This document shows positions 1 to 13,431 of a stretch of 64,000 bases of DNA, piece after piece (positions within the stretch are counted from its first letter, which is position 1; every line of letters starts with the position of its first letter). The translations under genes and the position numbers were made by a program. Source of the stretch: Centroscyllium fabricii (lineage: Eukaryota). The notes below the pieces were generated by a model. The model saw only the letters and a list, made by a program, of their open reading frames with translations. It ran no database searches and was not told where the DNA came from. The stretch covers positions 304,916,001 to 304,980,000 of the forward strand of contig JBNRSN020000005.1 of NCBI GenBank assembly GCA_051313645.2, read 5' to 3'.

Positions 1-525
1 TTTTCTTCATACTTAATAGCCTTCACTTCATTAAAAGTGTATTAATCTGACTGTTGGTCCCCAGGGGGAACCCATAAGATGTTATTTTTTTTTTGTCTCT
101 TATTTTTTTTTTAGATTGCAAAAAAAAAAAGTCTAGCAGATTTGGACCCTGTCAGTCAGAAATAATTGTGTTCTTAATCTTGTCCCTGATGGATGGCTCG
201 GAGTTCAGCATCAGGCCAGCTCCAATGACAAATACAGTATTAATATTCATTAACTGCTTTGACAATGCTAATTTTGATGCAGTAGTAAAGGGCCTTCCAA
301 AGTTAGCGGCCAAAGCATCAGAGCTGTAGAAGGTGGCAAGATAATTTGTGCTGGTTTGCTGAGCTGCGGCTTTCAAAGTAAACCAAAGCTAGGTAAAAAG
401 TTCTGAAGTATTGTGAGGCAAGGCTGCGGAAGTAATACGATCACAGTCCGCCAAAAAATTTGACATCTCCGATGAAGCTTGTTTGACTGAAATTTCAACC
501 AAGTTGTAACAAAAAAAAGCATAAC

Positions 526-528
526 ATG
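526..528 (+). CDS. TCF7L2: Candidate alternative first exon end A (ATG only; gives MSNKVP...)
   Basis: aacATG|gtaagt: A at -3, perfect donor, phase 0 matches exon 6; the exon 5' end is not determinable. Confidence 0.55.
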
Positions 529-1339
529 GTAAGTCAGCGCATTTTTTTGATTTTGTTTAATCTTTTGATCTTTTCAATTATCACCATTTGAAGATCAATA
601 GTCATTTTTTTCCCTAGTATCCTTTAAAGGCGCTCAGCGGTGTCATTCTGCGTGTGTTAGTAACGCAGGCTTCAAAAGTGGGCAGTGAAGCTTTATGGAG
701 CCGCTTGCCACATTCGACTGTGGCAAATATTAGAGTGCAGATATACAACTTGCTAAGTTGCCTTTTATTTATTATTTTTTTACCTGGAATCGATGTATCA
801 AAATTATTGCATAGTTTGGTATTTCCCCGACGAGTGTGTTTAACTGAGCTGGTTATGTGGGCAAAATAAACGGTAGGTTAGCCATTATACCTCGGGTGAG
901 GGGTGAAAAATTATTTTTTTTGTCTGTGGGTTCAAAATACCAGCCGATTTTAACATTATAGGAGACTGCAACTGGTTTTAATGTTTTCAAGTAAGCAAGC
1001 GACTGTTGTTCTTTTGTTCCTTTCTGAACTGTTAAGAGTGGTTTGGGGCTGCTTCTGATCAAATGAGCGCTGCCATCTCATTATCTCTTTCCCATGAAGC
1101 AAGGTAATTCACTGAATAGACCTGAACTTGAGCATCTTTTCCTGAAGAGCTGGAGTTGGATGCAATCGCTTCGTGTCCCTATCTCAGCAGCATCTCGGCT
1201 GTAAGTGGCTCAGGTAGGGTGCTGCCCTCCAGTGGATCTGCCCACATCATGAAGGACTGGCTGGTTTGTGCTGTAGCACAGGAACGGCAGCATGCTTGAA
1301 TTCAGGCAGTGTGAAGCATCGTAATTTGAGCAGGTGTAA

Positions 1340-1342
1340 ATG
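1340..1342 (+). CDS. TCF7L2: Candidate alternative first exon end B (ATG only)
   Basis: taaATG|gtaagt, phase 0; other donors lie nearby (1201 gtaagt, 1214 gtaggg). Confidence 0.4.
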
Positions 1343-2464
1343 GTAAGTTAGAAAATTTTAAGAAGGGCTGAATGTTATAATGAATGCTTTTGAAAAGCTT
1401 TATTTCAGATAGACAAATATGATGACTTGACGCATTGTGTTTTAGAATGTGTTTCATTTTAATTGCAATTTAAAAAAACTTTTTTTAAACTATTGAGTAA
1501 AGGAAGTATTCAGATTTTTTTTCACTTGATGTAATGGCTGAAGTTGATCTGACTTGGCAAGTTTGATTTGCATTCTCTCTTTCCCACAGTTTTTTTTTTT
1601 TTGCCTTTCCTTCCACATCTCCCCCCGCCCTCCTCCCTCCCCCCTCCCCTCAGTAGATGCAAGGTAAATATGTGAGCTGAAAGGGTCTGGTATTTTAAGT
1701 GTTCACCTTTCGTCGTCTGTGGCGAGCTTTCCTCCCGCTCCTTTTTCTTCTCACATCCTCCATGCCCAAAGAAATCTGTGTTGAAGTTGCCCATCCTTTC
1801 TGCCTACACTTAGCGCTCATTGTGCTAAATGATTAGTAACTGTCCATCATCAGCAACCAAACTCCCAGTTTACTTAAGAAATTGCACGTGTGACAAAGGG
1901 AGCTGCTGGAGTGTGGTGACCACCGTGAATAGAGGGAGGGAATGTAATTAGCTGCCTCGTTGTTGGGCTTTTTACATGTCAAACTGTAGCCTCATTGCCT
2001 TTGTTAGTGCCTGTATTGCACCATATAAAGGGAATTCAAAGGTTTTGTTTTGGTATTAAGGCCTTAAAGATTTCTGGCCGACACTTTGCACGCGAAGGCC
2101 AGATTAGTGCAGGGCACTAAATAAAGAGGGGAAAACGGCACACTGTTTTGTTTCCCCTGTTCTCGTGTCTTGTCACTTTTTCTTGCGCAGTACGGATAGA
2201 TGAGAGGAAGAAGTGTGTTACGTGTTCTGCAGACTCTACTAAAGGAGTTTAAAACTGCATGCGTGTAAAGTTTGTTTTTAAAAAGTTGTCTTTTTTTTGC
2301 CCGGGGGGGTGGGGTGGGGGTGGGGGGGGGCGGGGTGGTGGTGTCGTGGGCTGTATGCCACCTGTACTTAGGAGGGGGGTGAGGGTTAATGGGAACATTT
2401 CATTACTTTTGCTTCTATTGTGAAAAGCATTTACTGGAACATATGAGCTGCCCCCAATTTGGAG

Positions 2465-2581
2465 ATGGAGAGGGTTTTGTTTGGGGATGCAATTAGCGAC
2501 GGGAAGCAGTATGCAAAGAGCAACTCCGAAAGAGAATCCTTGCAATACAAAAGCTGCACTTGTACATTGTGTGTAGCCGAG
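2465..2581 (+). CDS. TCF7L2: Candidate alternative first exon C (MERVLFGDAISDGKQYAKSNSERESLQYKSCTCTLCVAE)
   Basis: gagATGg Kozak context, 39 open codons, gag|gtcagt donor, phase 0. Confidence 0.45.
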
Positions 2582-3362
2582 GTCAGTCAGTAGAAGCTGC
2601 AGTGAGGTCTAGTGCTTTGCCTTCCCCGCCACCCCCCCCCCCCCCCCCCCCCTATTTTCTATTATAATAAAAAAAACTGCTGGGACTGATGGCAAGACCT
2701 CACAGGTGTCTTTTTATATATTTATATGTATGTGAGTGTGTGTATGTATGATATATATATAATAATGTCACTGTGTCAAAAAAATAAGAGCTTTCTCGCA
2801 GCTCTACCCCCAGAAGTTCAGCGTGAGGGATTTGACATTCCCACAGATGTGACTGCACGCTACAGTTTGTTGCTCATGCTCCCTTAACCAACGCTTTTCT
2901 CTTCACTGCTGCACTTATTGATACCTTTCCATATAGAGTTGCAGCATTGTCATTTTGGTAATCCTAGGAGAGTTGTCGGCTTTGAAAAGAAAATAAATAG
3001 TATGCATGGGGTTATACCCGTGTGTGCGGTCTTACTCATTGCTAAGTGAGCATTTTGGTGCAGTGATCTATGTTATCGTTTTGAGTGTGCCCTAAATTTT
3101 GGTGCCTGCTGTACGGCAGATATAGGACTGCACTGGGACTAAGATGCTACTAACGGCAAACTTGAATGAGGATGTTGGTTCTAAAAACACCAGGCCACAG
3201 AACTGGAAAGCTCTTGATCTTTTGAGACATCTTTTTTTAGTACTTTAAAAAAAAAAAAGACGCTAGAAAAACCAGGAAGAAACAAAGCGCAGTCGGCACC
3301 GAGGCAAGAGAGAAAGGGGGGGAAAGTTGTAGAGGTTAAGAGACAACAGAAGACAAAGCGGC

Positions 3363-3485
3363 ATGTACCCGAGGGATGCAATTTTGCTGGGAATGGAAGA
3401 AGGGAACAATAAAGGAGGAACGCTAGCCTCTGGGCTCTCCTTTCTCCATCAGTTTGGTTGCTGGCACCTCAATCTAAACAGCTGG
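3363..3485 (+). CDS. TCF7L2: Candidate alternative first exon D (MYPRDAILLGMEEGNNKGGTLASGLSFLHQFGCWHLNLNSW)
   Basis: 41 open codons, then tgg|gtaagt donor in phase 0. Confidence 0.55.
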
Positions 3486-6400
3486 GTAAGTTACTGTACG
3501 CTACAGTGCACGTTTGTATTTTATTTCACACGATGGGCTTCAGATAAGGCCAGTTACTGTGGTTAAGAGGTGGTCAGCTCAGGCAGCGACCTTCTATCCA
3601 ACACTTGAAACTGTGACCTTTGTGTCGCTGCTTTCATAAGAATCTGTTCTGTGAAGAAGAAACAAAAAAAGGAAAATCCAATTGCAGGCAGCTCGACATT
3701 GGGTTTTCTTTAGAAAAGTTGCTTTAACCAGCTCGATACTGATTTTATTTTTTTCTGTATTGCTGCCTAGTACGGGATATTCTACGCTCGTAGATTGCAG
3801 GGCAGAATTTACATTTTAGAACGGCAGATATTAATCCTGACATTCCACTGCCATGCTTCCATTTAGTTAAATTGTGCTTTTAGAATTTAAGTGGGATGTG
3901 CTCTGGTACTGTGAAGAGTTGCTTATGTAGCTCAAATATCAAAGCTGTTTTGAATGCAACAGTGTGCAAATCATGTACAAAACCGAATGTAAAACTGTGC
4001 TTTTTTTCTTTTAATATCTATGCTTGTCATTTGGTTGGGGGGGGGGGGTGTTAGAAAAAAAGTTGCATTTTTTCTTAATTAACTCTATTTTCACAGTCAT
4101 CAGTTAGAGTGTGAAAAACAAAATATTTTAATTTATCTTTATAAATAAAAGCGCCTTACATTTTAAATGTGAATGAAATACTGCTGACACAAGGTAGTAT
4201 AATTTCTCCCTGCTCTGTATTCTTTCCCTTTAAAACTTATACAATGTCCGTTAATACTTCCAAGATTGCACATAATTTGATGTACTGAAGGTTTACTCAT
4301 TTGAAATGTATATTAATTAAAAAAAAAAAAAAAATTATTAGAAGCCTGACGCTCTTCAGATATAATAGGTATGTATTTGTTAAATCCTAGACAGCAAGTT
4401 GGTGTTCCCGAATGTACTTCATTTAGATTTTTGTGAGGGAGCGGAAGATTTTTATTTAATTTAAAAAAGGAATACACAGAGCCTTTCTGAACAGTCTTTT
4501 TGAGTTTACAGGAAAACCTCACTTTTGAGGTTTTGGCATCTCTTCGTGCTCCGTGGGGTAGTGTAACAAAAACCTTCCATTCAATGATATTTTAGAACGT
4601 ACCCAAATGGCGATTTGGGTCTGATATTACGCATTCTCGTTGGATTTAAAACCAAAGCTGATGTTTAAAAAAAAAAATATATATATATCTAAGTTGAGGT
4701 TTTTATTTGTATATATATTCCACTGCTGTGGGGCTGTCTTTTTCCTGCTATGAACAAAATTAGTGCCAGATGTTCTGAACATACCACCAGAACAAATAAA
4801 ATGAGCATTTTAAGGCTGAAATGTTATTATTTTTTGATAAATGCTCCCTGTGATTTCCCCCCCCCCATATAATTAACCTACAGAACGTTTTTATGTTACG
4901 GTTGTATTTCACTTAAATACATATTTGGTATGGACTGGCATCGGAACAACAACTACGCAAACATGTTAAGTGTGCGACGGGACATTTTACAGCAAATCTT
5001 GAGCATTCCTGTGTGAATTGTTAAAGCATTAATTATAATGTATGTTCGCTTCTCACAGAACTTGTTGGCGTTGAAGTAATCGTGTCCCAGAGTTTTAAGT
5101 TGCATATTTCCATTGTAGAGAAAATCGCTATTTTTGAGGTGGTATGAACGAACTTGCATCATTATAGATGTGAACTAATTTTTTTAAGCGTGTTAAATAC
5201 AGTACATACCATTCCAAAACTTTAATCTACTTTGTAGAATATTTTTTCCCCTGCAACATTCTGAAGCGCCCACTCCCTTTTGCTTTTAAACACATATGTT
5301 GCAGTTCGAGCATCATTTTTACTCTTTTTAAACCCCAGACAATGAAACTATTTGTTAATTGAGAGGGAACATTTACTTGATGGCTGATTTTTAATCCTAA
5401 TCTACTCTAATGGCAAGACTGATGGTGGTTTGTATGAACATTTTGGCCTGCTGTTGCAAAGCTGTAACTGTTCCATGACTGAATCAAGAGAGATAAACAG
5501 AAGTACCTGTACTGTAGTAGGTAAATGCGTTTAAGCAAGTGCTTTGGACCCCTTTGCAATGGGAGTTGGTCGGGCTTCACTTTGATTGTGTTGAGTAAAT
5601 GCTCTTCTAACGAACACAGTGAACTAGTTCTACATTCTCTTCACATCCTGTAAACCGGCTGTTAAAGATCAATTAATGACTTTAGTTTTTGACACTTCCA
5701 ATACGCACTTGATTGCCACTCAGATTTTTGTATTTGTTTAGCAGTACTGTAGTTGGATAATGGAAACATTTTGCTCTCCGTGCGGGTGTTCCTATTAAGA
5801 GGCCTCCACTATATTTGTTGCTTAATCACTCAATATGGTAATTTCACTGATTGAAGCTACATTAATGTTACTAAGCGCTCCAGGCAAAATGATAGCCACA
5901 AAGGTACTGTCGTCATTTTCCATATGTTTTGAAGGCCGTGAAAATACAAAAGTTAACCTTTATTGAGTATGGTTAAAATGGTCCCACTGTCCCTTTTTCC
6001 CCCCGGTTACTCACTTTTTTTTACTCGCACATGAATGCTTTCCGGTTTACACTGAAATAAATACTTGGATTTGAGCCTTGGTTCTGCTATTTATCAGGTC
6101 ACATGTTTGGCAGATGCCTTGTACTGCTGGAATTTGTCAACCTGAAACACCAATCGATCATTGCCTGTCAGTTAACTTTCCTTGTACTGCTTGTCCAGTC
6201 TGGCACACACGTCCTACACCGAGTTCAGTCATTGTACTGTGGACTCTGTGAAACTCTTTTATATGTTAGACTGAACTGCTGTAAGTGCAAATTGATTTTT
6301 TTTGCTGAAAAGGGCGGCGCTCAAGGCTCCTCAATAAGCATATGTGCATTGTAAGAAATGGGAACTGCTTTGTAAAACATGACCTTTCTGCCCTCAGGCT

Positions 6401-7142
6401 CAATGTTATCAAACGGAAATAAGTAACAACCATCTAAATAACTGCACTGTTAATAAAATTGCACAAGTTTAAGACCGCAACCCATATTAACTAAAAAAAA
6501 TAATGTGAATTGGAGTGCCAATATGTATTCAAAACTTAAAAGGTTACTAAATAACATTTTAAATATTAAAATGCAGCAGGCTAGCTAACTTAGGCAGGTT
6601 AACTGTAAAGGTTTTGTTGCAGACATGTTATATTACAGACATACCCATTTATTGGGTAAATAAGGGCAGTCAAAAACAAATTAAATATATTCTGACGGAG
6701 TCACATATGGCTCATTTTATTGTTCAGCAGTAGGCAGAAACCTCTGACAGTGTAAGTTATGTTTATGGGTCACTCTCTAATGGAGGAATCTCCCAAACGT
6801 CAATCTCCGAAATGGTTTCTTTTTTTGTGTGACTTCAAGTCTTCTTATAGAGGGCCCTAGTATGTGTAAAATGGGTGGAATTACTAAAGCAATTGGGATA
6901 AAGGGCTCCTTTCAGTAAGCCACTGCATTTGCAGTGGAATGCACGCTGCAATTGGAGTAACTCAAATATTCTCCAGCAGCATTTAATGTCCTATAACATG
7001 CAGTGATAACATGTTAATCCAACTTTTTGTAAGCCTGTTTCTTCATTGTTTTCCCTACTTCTTGTGGCCTTTTGTTCTCTGCATGTTTATCTAGCAGTCT
7101 TAATTATTCTGTTTTACAACACAAGCGAGTTCCAACCATATA

Positions 7143-7605
7143 CAGGTACACAATCTCTTATCCGCAACTCCGAAAACCAAAGTTTTTCTTCAATTTATTT
7201 AAGAAAAAAATGATTTAAGCTGCAGCAGAAAAAAAAGGTTCCTACCCCGATCTCGTGCTGTTGATGCCGTGCTGAGGAAAAAAAACGTCCGGTCTCCCCT
7301 GCAAACGGCCGGTCTCCCCTGCAAACGGCCGGTCTCCCCAGCAAACGGCCGGTCTCCCCAGCAAACGGCCGGTCTCCCCTGCAAACGGCCGGTCTCCCCA
7401 GCAAACGGCCGGTCTCCCCAGCAAACGGCCGGTCTCCTGCTCCAAACGGCCGATATGCCGTTCCCCAACCGTGAGCTGGGCTGCAAACACGGAATTTGCG
7501 CATGCACAAGCGATCTGCGCATGCGCACTGGGGCCAACTCTAAAAACCGTATTTATCCGAAACCCGCCCGGTCCCGAGGTTTTCGGATAAAGGATTGTGT
7601 ACCTG
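7143..7605. mobile_element. Tc1/mariner-pogo (Tigger-like) MITE with internal 20-bp minisatellite
   Basis: TA TSD; TIRs caggtacacaatc...ttatccg / cggataa...gattgtgtacctg. Confidence 0.85.
7289..7451. repeat. 20-bp tandem repeat (ccggtctcccc[t/a]gcaaacgg), about 8 copies
   Basis: Directly visible periodicity. Confidence 0.95.
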
Positions 7606-9580
7606 TATTAAAGGGTGGCCTCATCGTGCCACTCTTCCCCACCCCCCCCCCCCCCCCCCCATTACTATGGGGTTCAAAAGATGGCTATTGAGAAAGTCTT
7701 CCTATCTCTGAAGTTTCTATGGTGTATTTAATTGCACAGCTATTTTAAATTATAGCAATAAGTGCCTACTTTCAGCTATTTCCGTACTGGGAGCAGTACG
7801 GGGAAGAAGTGAATTTGTTTTTTTTGAAACTTTTTACCTCGCTAGATAGTCATTGGGTGGGAAAGTTCTTAAGAATGCTGGTGTTAGCTGAGAATGCCAC
7901 CACAAGGGTGGCTGTTTCACTGAAACGCAGTAAAATCTTCCTGCTCCCAAAATATGCGAGGAACTGATACGGCTGAGCAAGTAATGGTTTAATGTGCGAA
8001 ATGCATTTAATAGCACTAGTTCTCTACTAAATGACTCGAGAGGATAGTAGGCCCCAAAGCATGATTTTAGTTTGGGGTTGCTTATACAATTGTAACAATT
8101 AGGTGGCCAGAAAGTGGTCTTTCTTTCTTGACAGCTGGAACAGCGTGGAAATATGTAAGAGCATTCTGGAGAGGTTTTGTGCTGCGGGTTGCGCAGTATT
8201 GTCTTGGTATGCTGTCGTGTCAGTGGTCCTGTCATCGTTTGTTGGAGGAGAAGAGAGGCCTCTTTCTGAACAGGAGAATTTTACTAGTCAATGAAGGCCT
8301 TGTCCTTGGGAACAATGGCCAGTTAACAAAGGGCAAGACCTTGGCCAGAAATGAGCTATATAATACTGTGAAAGGGCGCAGACCACTGTATAAATAAGAA
8401 TAGGAAAAGTAGATTTGGAAGAAAATGCTTACTCAGGTGTGAAGAGTTTTTTTGGTGGCCGAGAATGTGAAGAAAATGTTGAAATGAAAGCACAGATTCA
8501 AATATTGTCCTTTAGGAAATCAGTCAACTTCTGTTGGTAGAGAATTAGTGTTATTGAGGGAGTTTCTGAAGAAAATTTAACTCTTGATAGCTTTAAAAAA
8601 AATCTCTTTTAAAATTGCGGTTGGTACATAGTTGCCCAGCAATTAGGGAGTTAATAGAGAGCAGACCTTTGGAATAAGAGAATGTAGTGTTGCAGACCAT
8701 TAAGATTAGTAGCTTTGGAACAGTAAGCCATGTCTGGGTACAGCCAAGCTCAGGGCTAGTAATTTAAGCAAAGCAGTGGACTTGCCAGAATTAGCCTGGG
8801 GAAGGCAGCCTGACAAGCCTCCTTGTGTAGTTGCTTTTGTTTTTATTATACTTTGAGCACAAATGCACTTTTCAGACCCAATCTTTCTTCAGCTGCACAG
8901 AACTGCGATGAACGCAATAGGGGTGCATTCAGCAGAAGGGACTGGGTAGAAAGATGGTCGCAGCAGCTCCAGTTTGTTTTGCCTGCCTCTTGATTAATGG
9001 CATCAGAGGTGAATGGCAAGCTTTCATTTCTCTTGGGTTACCAATCTTTTTTTTAAAAAAAAAGCAGGGAAGGAGCATGAGCGTTCAATCAATCTTTGAC
9101 TGCCACATTCCTGGTTGTGAATACTGTGCAGGGTCCACCCTAGTGAAACATCTCCCAGTGCAGCTTATTTGGAATGTGACGCTTAAGTACACTTGAAAGG
9201 TCAGAGGTTGACTCCAGAGTTTCCTGGGTAAAGTGTTGTGCAATGGTCCAAGAGGAGTGGTTTCCCTTCACAGCCTGCCTACTGCCACTGTTTGATGGAC
9301 AGTCCCACTTCCTACAGGCATTTCCTCCATTTCCTCTCCTGGCAACAGCTTAATATTCTAACATCCTCTTTCCCTTCATGTAAATCCCAAATAACACAGT
9401 TTTAAATAGAGAAAAATGACAAGATTATTTTATATCGTTTCCCACTGAATGACTACCATAATTAAAGGAAAACAATTCCACCAAAGGGATAAAAATAGAT
9501 ATGATCTCCACTGGCAAGGGGTAGGTAGGAGGGATGCCTCCCCCCCCCCCCCCCCCCACCACCAGATTTTACATCTGATA

Positions 9581-10292
9581 CAGGTTGCGCACCGGAAATC
9601 TGGCACGGGCGGGACCACGCACGTGCCGGGAAAGTGAAAAAAACGGCACAATGAAGTCGGTCAGTGCGCGCACCATTCAAAATGGCCACGCGCATGCGCA
9701 CATTGGAAATGGCTGCCGAACATTCAAAATATTAGATCATCTCATCCAGAACTCTGCTGTTTGCATCCTTGTTTGTCCATGGCTGACCTGCATTGGCACC
9801 AAGTTCCCCAATGCTCACACTTAAAATTCTAACCTCCGTGTTTAAATCTCTTCACGGGCTCACCCCTCCCTATCTCGGTAATCTCCACCAACCCCACAAC
9901 CACCCACTTCTGCCCCTTAACTGTTGGTTCCTTTGACTGTGGGCATTTGTGCATCTTCACCTCCGTTCCCCTTCGTTTAAGGGTTTCAGGGATGGTAGTC
10001 GAGCTGCCGCGCCCTGACGCCACGGAAGGCCCGGCTCGTCCGGCAGCCATTTTGAATGATCTGCGCATGCGCTAGCCGTCCGGCGACGCATGCACAGATC
10101 ATTCAAAACACCCGGCAGCCGTTTTGAATGATCTGCGCATGCGCTCACCGTTCGGCGGCGCATGCATAGATCATTCGCCGAAGCCGCGATCGCGACTGCC
10201 ATCTTGCGGATGCGCAGTGCAGTCGGGGCAATTTGTTCCGGCAGACTGAAGCTGCCGGCGTTTCGGGTCACGGATTTTCGGTGCACAACCTG
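9581..10292. mobile_element. Tigger-like MITE containing an L2-like fragment (~9735-9960)
   Basis: TA TSD; TIRs caggttgcgcaccggaaatc / gattttcggtgcacaacctg. Confidence 0.8.
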
Positions 10293-10399
10293 TACCTTCT
10301 TTAATTACTACATTTATTCAGTACTATTGTAGATATGCTAATTACTCTGTAAATCTTGTAAACTTATATATTTGCAATTACCGCCCCCCCCCCCCCCCC

Positions 10400-10558
10400 C
10401 CCCGCTGACTCTCTTCCTGACATTATATCTGGTAATTTTGTAAAATTGTGTATTTTGTTTTTCTTTTTGTGGATTTTATGTATTCTGTAAGTGGACAGCA
10501 TCGTCACCAGGCTACATTCCTTGTACATTTAATGCACTCGGCAATAAAGTTGATTCAA
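10400..10558 (+). mobile_element. LINE 3' end, Rex1/Babar-like
   Basis: attccttgtaca...ggcaataaagttgattc tail. Confidence 0.4.
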
Positions 10559-13029
10559 TAGGAGACGAAGAATGGGGTGAGAGAGAAAAGTGAATAATGT
10601 GTGCGCTTGAGTATTGGATAGCAGGACTATGCAATCTGGTACAAAGAGGCACACATTTTATACTTGCGCTTGTTTCCGTTCAGGAGTGACCTACAGGCAA
10701 GGCCGCTGGTTTGTGGTTTTCCCAGGAAAAACGGGCAGCATCGCCAAATGTGATCCCTAATCCCTAATCCGTCTCGTGCAATAAAAAAACGAATTTGACT
10801 CATTCAGTCACCGTAAAGCAGTGGCTCTATCTATAGGCAATTATAATTTTTATATTTCCCATTTTATCATCCTTTTCTTCTGCTGGACGCATTTTGGGCA
10901 GAGGGGGGGGGAGAAAAGTGTCCGGATAATGAAAAATCACCGCAACTGCCCTTGGCATATATAGGTTGAAACCGACACATCTATTATATAAAAAAAAGCC
11001 TTTAAAAAAAATAATATCATGATCTCCCCCCCCCCCCCCCCATCTCACCCATTCCAAACATAAATACTCAGCGTTTCTTAATAAAATAAACTGAATACTA
11101 TTGCCTCACTCTATTCCCCACCCTACCAGTAAGTAATACCGGAGAGAACTCTTAATAACAAAGCTGAACAAATGGGCCACATATCAAGCTGATGCACTGA
11201 TGATCTTGGTGCCGTTTTTTTAATCCTAAGTGTATAAAGCAGCGATGCTTCCTATTTTACAATCAAATGCGTTCAGTATTTTCAGGTAGAAAAATGATCT
11301 GGCGCGCGATGTCACTTTGTTCCTGATGCTTTAAGAATTAGGGAGGGAGTATCCTTGCCATAATAAAAATGACACGTTTTTTGTATCGTTTTTTTCCCAC
11401 GCAGTACTGAGTTATTATCTATTTACACAAGTTACCTTTTAGTTCAGAGCAAAAAGTAGATTTCGTAGTTCAGTTGGTGATATGTGATTTAGGGCTGTGA
11501 TGTTCGAGACTCATCAATGCTCCTATTTAAAAATCAAGCTGTGACTGTAGGCGCAGATGACCAGATTGGGAAATCTCTGTCAGGGAACTGAATTCACATC
11601 AGTACAGTTAGTAACTCGGGGTGCTTCATTGAATCTTGTCATTTGAACGCTACATATTATTTTTAACTTCTTCAGGTTCTGAAAAATTTGAGTATTTTTC
11701 TCCTTTGCATGTTACTAGAAGTCACAATTTAAAAAATATATATATTTTTTTATAGAGTCCAAGCTAATCATTTATAATAAAGGGGTGATCATACACATCC
11801 TCTTCAAAAGTTTCACTGACTTGAAAATATAGTAAATGCAAATATTTCCCGACAGATGTAAAAGTACAAAAAAAGCATTCAGGCCTATCGTTGTTGAAAT
11901 TCTGCATATATTTCTATTTATTAGATACATTAAACCAAAATAAACAAAGTCCAAATTCGAAAAATGAAAAGATAATGGGTTGAATAGGTCTCCCCCATTA
12001 CTATTTTGCCTTAATAGATGACACTTATCTGATAAATGTACTTTTCTTGATATACAATATCACTGTCCTGGAGATTTGTGTATGAATATATAAAATGTGC
12101 TCTAGGCATAATTCATTCCCACATTTTGCGGTATTTGCTATTGAGCAACTTTCTTCTCGGCCCTATTACTACCTTGTAGTCCATCTTTCATGCTTAGCTT
12201 TGTTTGCACGATTGATGATGTAACCTGAAGAGCTGTATTGTGTTACGGATTGTAGCTGCCTTTTACCTTATCGTTATTCAGTGTGCTCTACAAGTTGCTT
12301 GTAGCACCTGAATGCTTTATTACCTAATGGGCTTTAAAGGGCAACCAAATTCCAAATTAACTTGGGAGCACTAGTCAATTGGATGGCAATGTCGGATGAT
12401 GCAAATATACATTGAGGCGGAACGTAAACTGGTGGTTTGCTATGTTATGGGTTGGGCTGTCTCTTAGTAAACAATATTAATTTTAGTTTAAAAAAAAGTG
12501 AATGTGAATCCATGCAAATATTGTACTTTTCTTCTTGGAGAGAGAAGTTTCTTTTATTCTTTCATTCTTTGGTTTGTTCTTTGCTCCCTCTTTTTTGTTT
12601 TCTTTGCCTTTTCTCTTTTCCCTCTCTCTGTTTTAACTCTATTAAATCACTTGAAAAAAATGATTCTGTTGGTGACTTTGCTATCTTCTATTTTGTTACG
12701 TTAGTTTTGAATTATTCTTCCAAGAAGCAATTTTGTTTTCCATTTTTGGTGAATTTTGTGTTCCTTATTAGGCATGGGATGTTATCCTGGAAGTGAAATA
12801 TTTTCCTGCTATTTGAACCCAATATATCAAGCACTCTCAGGCCAGGTAAAGCACTGGCTACATCCTGGAAAGCCTCAACAATGCACTTTAATCCAAACAA
12901 TAGCAAGTACCCACTTCCACATAGATACGACTTCCCACATCAACAATTCTTATGGCTGCTTGGAGTGAGACTGATTCATTATTTAGTACCACATAATGAG
13001 TAGTTTTGTGCTGTAGATTTGTGCCAAAT

Positions 13030-13212
13030 GAAATTTCGCATTTAAAAAGTACTTGGATATGCACTTGAAGTGCAGTGACCGACAGGGCTATGGACCAAGA
13101 GCTGGAAAGTGGGGTTAGGCTGGATAGCTCTTTTTCAGCTGGCACAGACACAATGGACCGAATGGCCTCCTTCTGTGCCATCAATCTCTATGATTCTTCT
13201 ATGATTCTATGA
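13030..13212 (+). mobile_element. CR1 LINE 3' end with (tatgattc)n tail
   Basis: ggaccgaatggcctccttctgtg followed by microsatellite tail. Confidence 0.75.
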
Positions 13213-13431
13213 AATCTTGTACATACTCATTTGGGATCCTTCCAGCCAATGGAGGGAAAATAAATGCTGTGTAAAGGCATGGTCACTGTGACTGAACAAA
13301 AAATGTAGGTGTAGTGGAAAATATTGTATGATTCCAGAGTTAAGACCACAGTGCCATGAATGGAGGCTGTATCTTATTTCTGTCAGAGTAGAAGGCTGGA
13401 AGAGAATAATACCCAAGCCGTTAAAATAATA

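Larger units (their letters stand above)
130..3600 (+). promoter_or_regulatory. Putative intronic promoter cluster for N-terminally truncated TCF7L2
   Basis: TE-free; several TAAT/ATTA and TCF-like (ttcaaag) motifs; G/C tracts; clustered orphan donors. The position matches the known intron-5 promoter of mouse dnTcf7l2 (inference). Confidence 0.5.

Noticed and set aside
1063-1219. Coding first exon using donors at 1104, 1201 or 1214
   Set aside because: Upstream ATGs are out of phase or hit a stop; a non-coding first exon remains possible
7195-7691. Several overlapping repetitive ORFs; CRISPR-like periodicity
   Set aside because: 20-bp tandem repeat with no unique spacers in eukaryotic DNA
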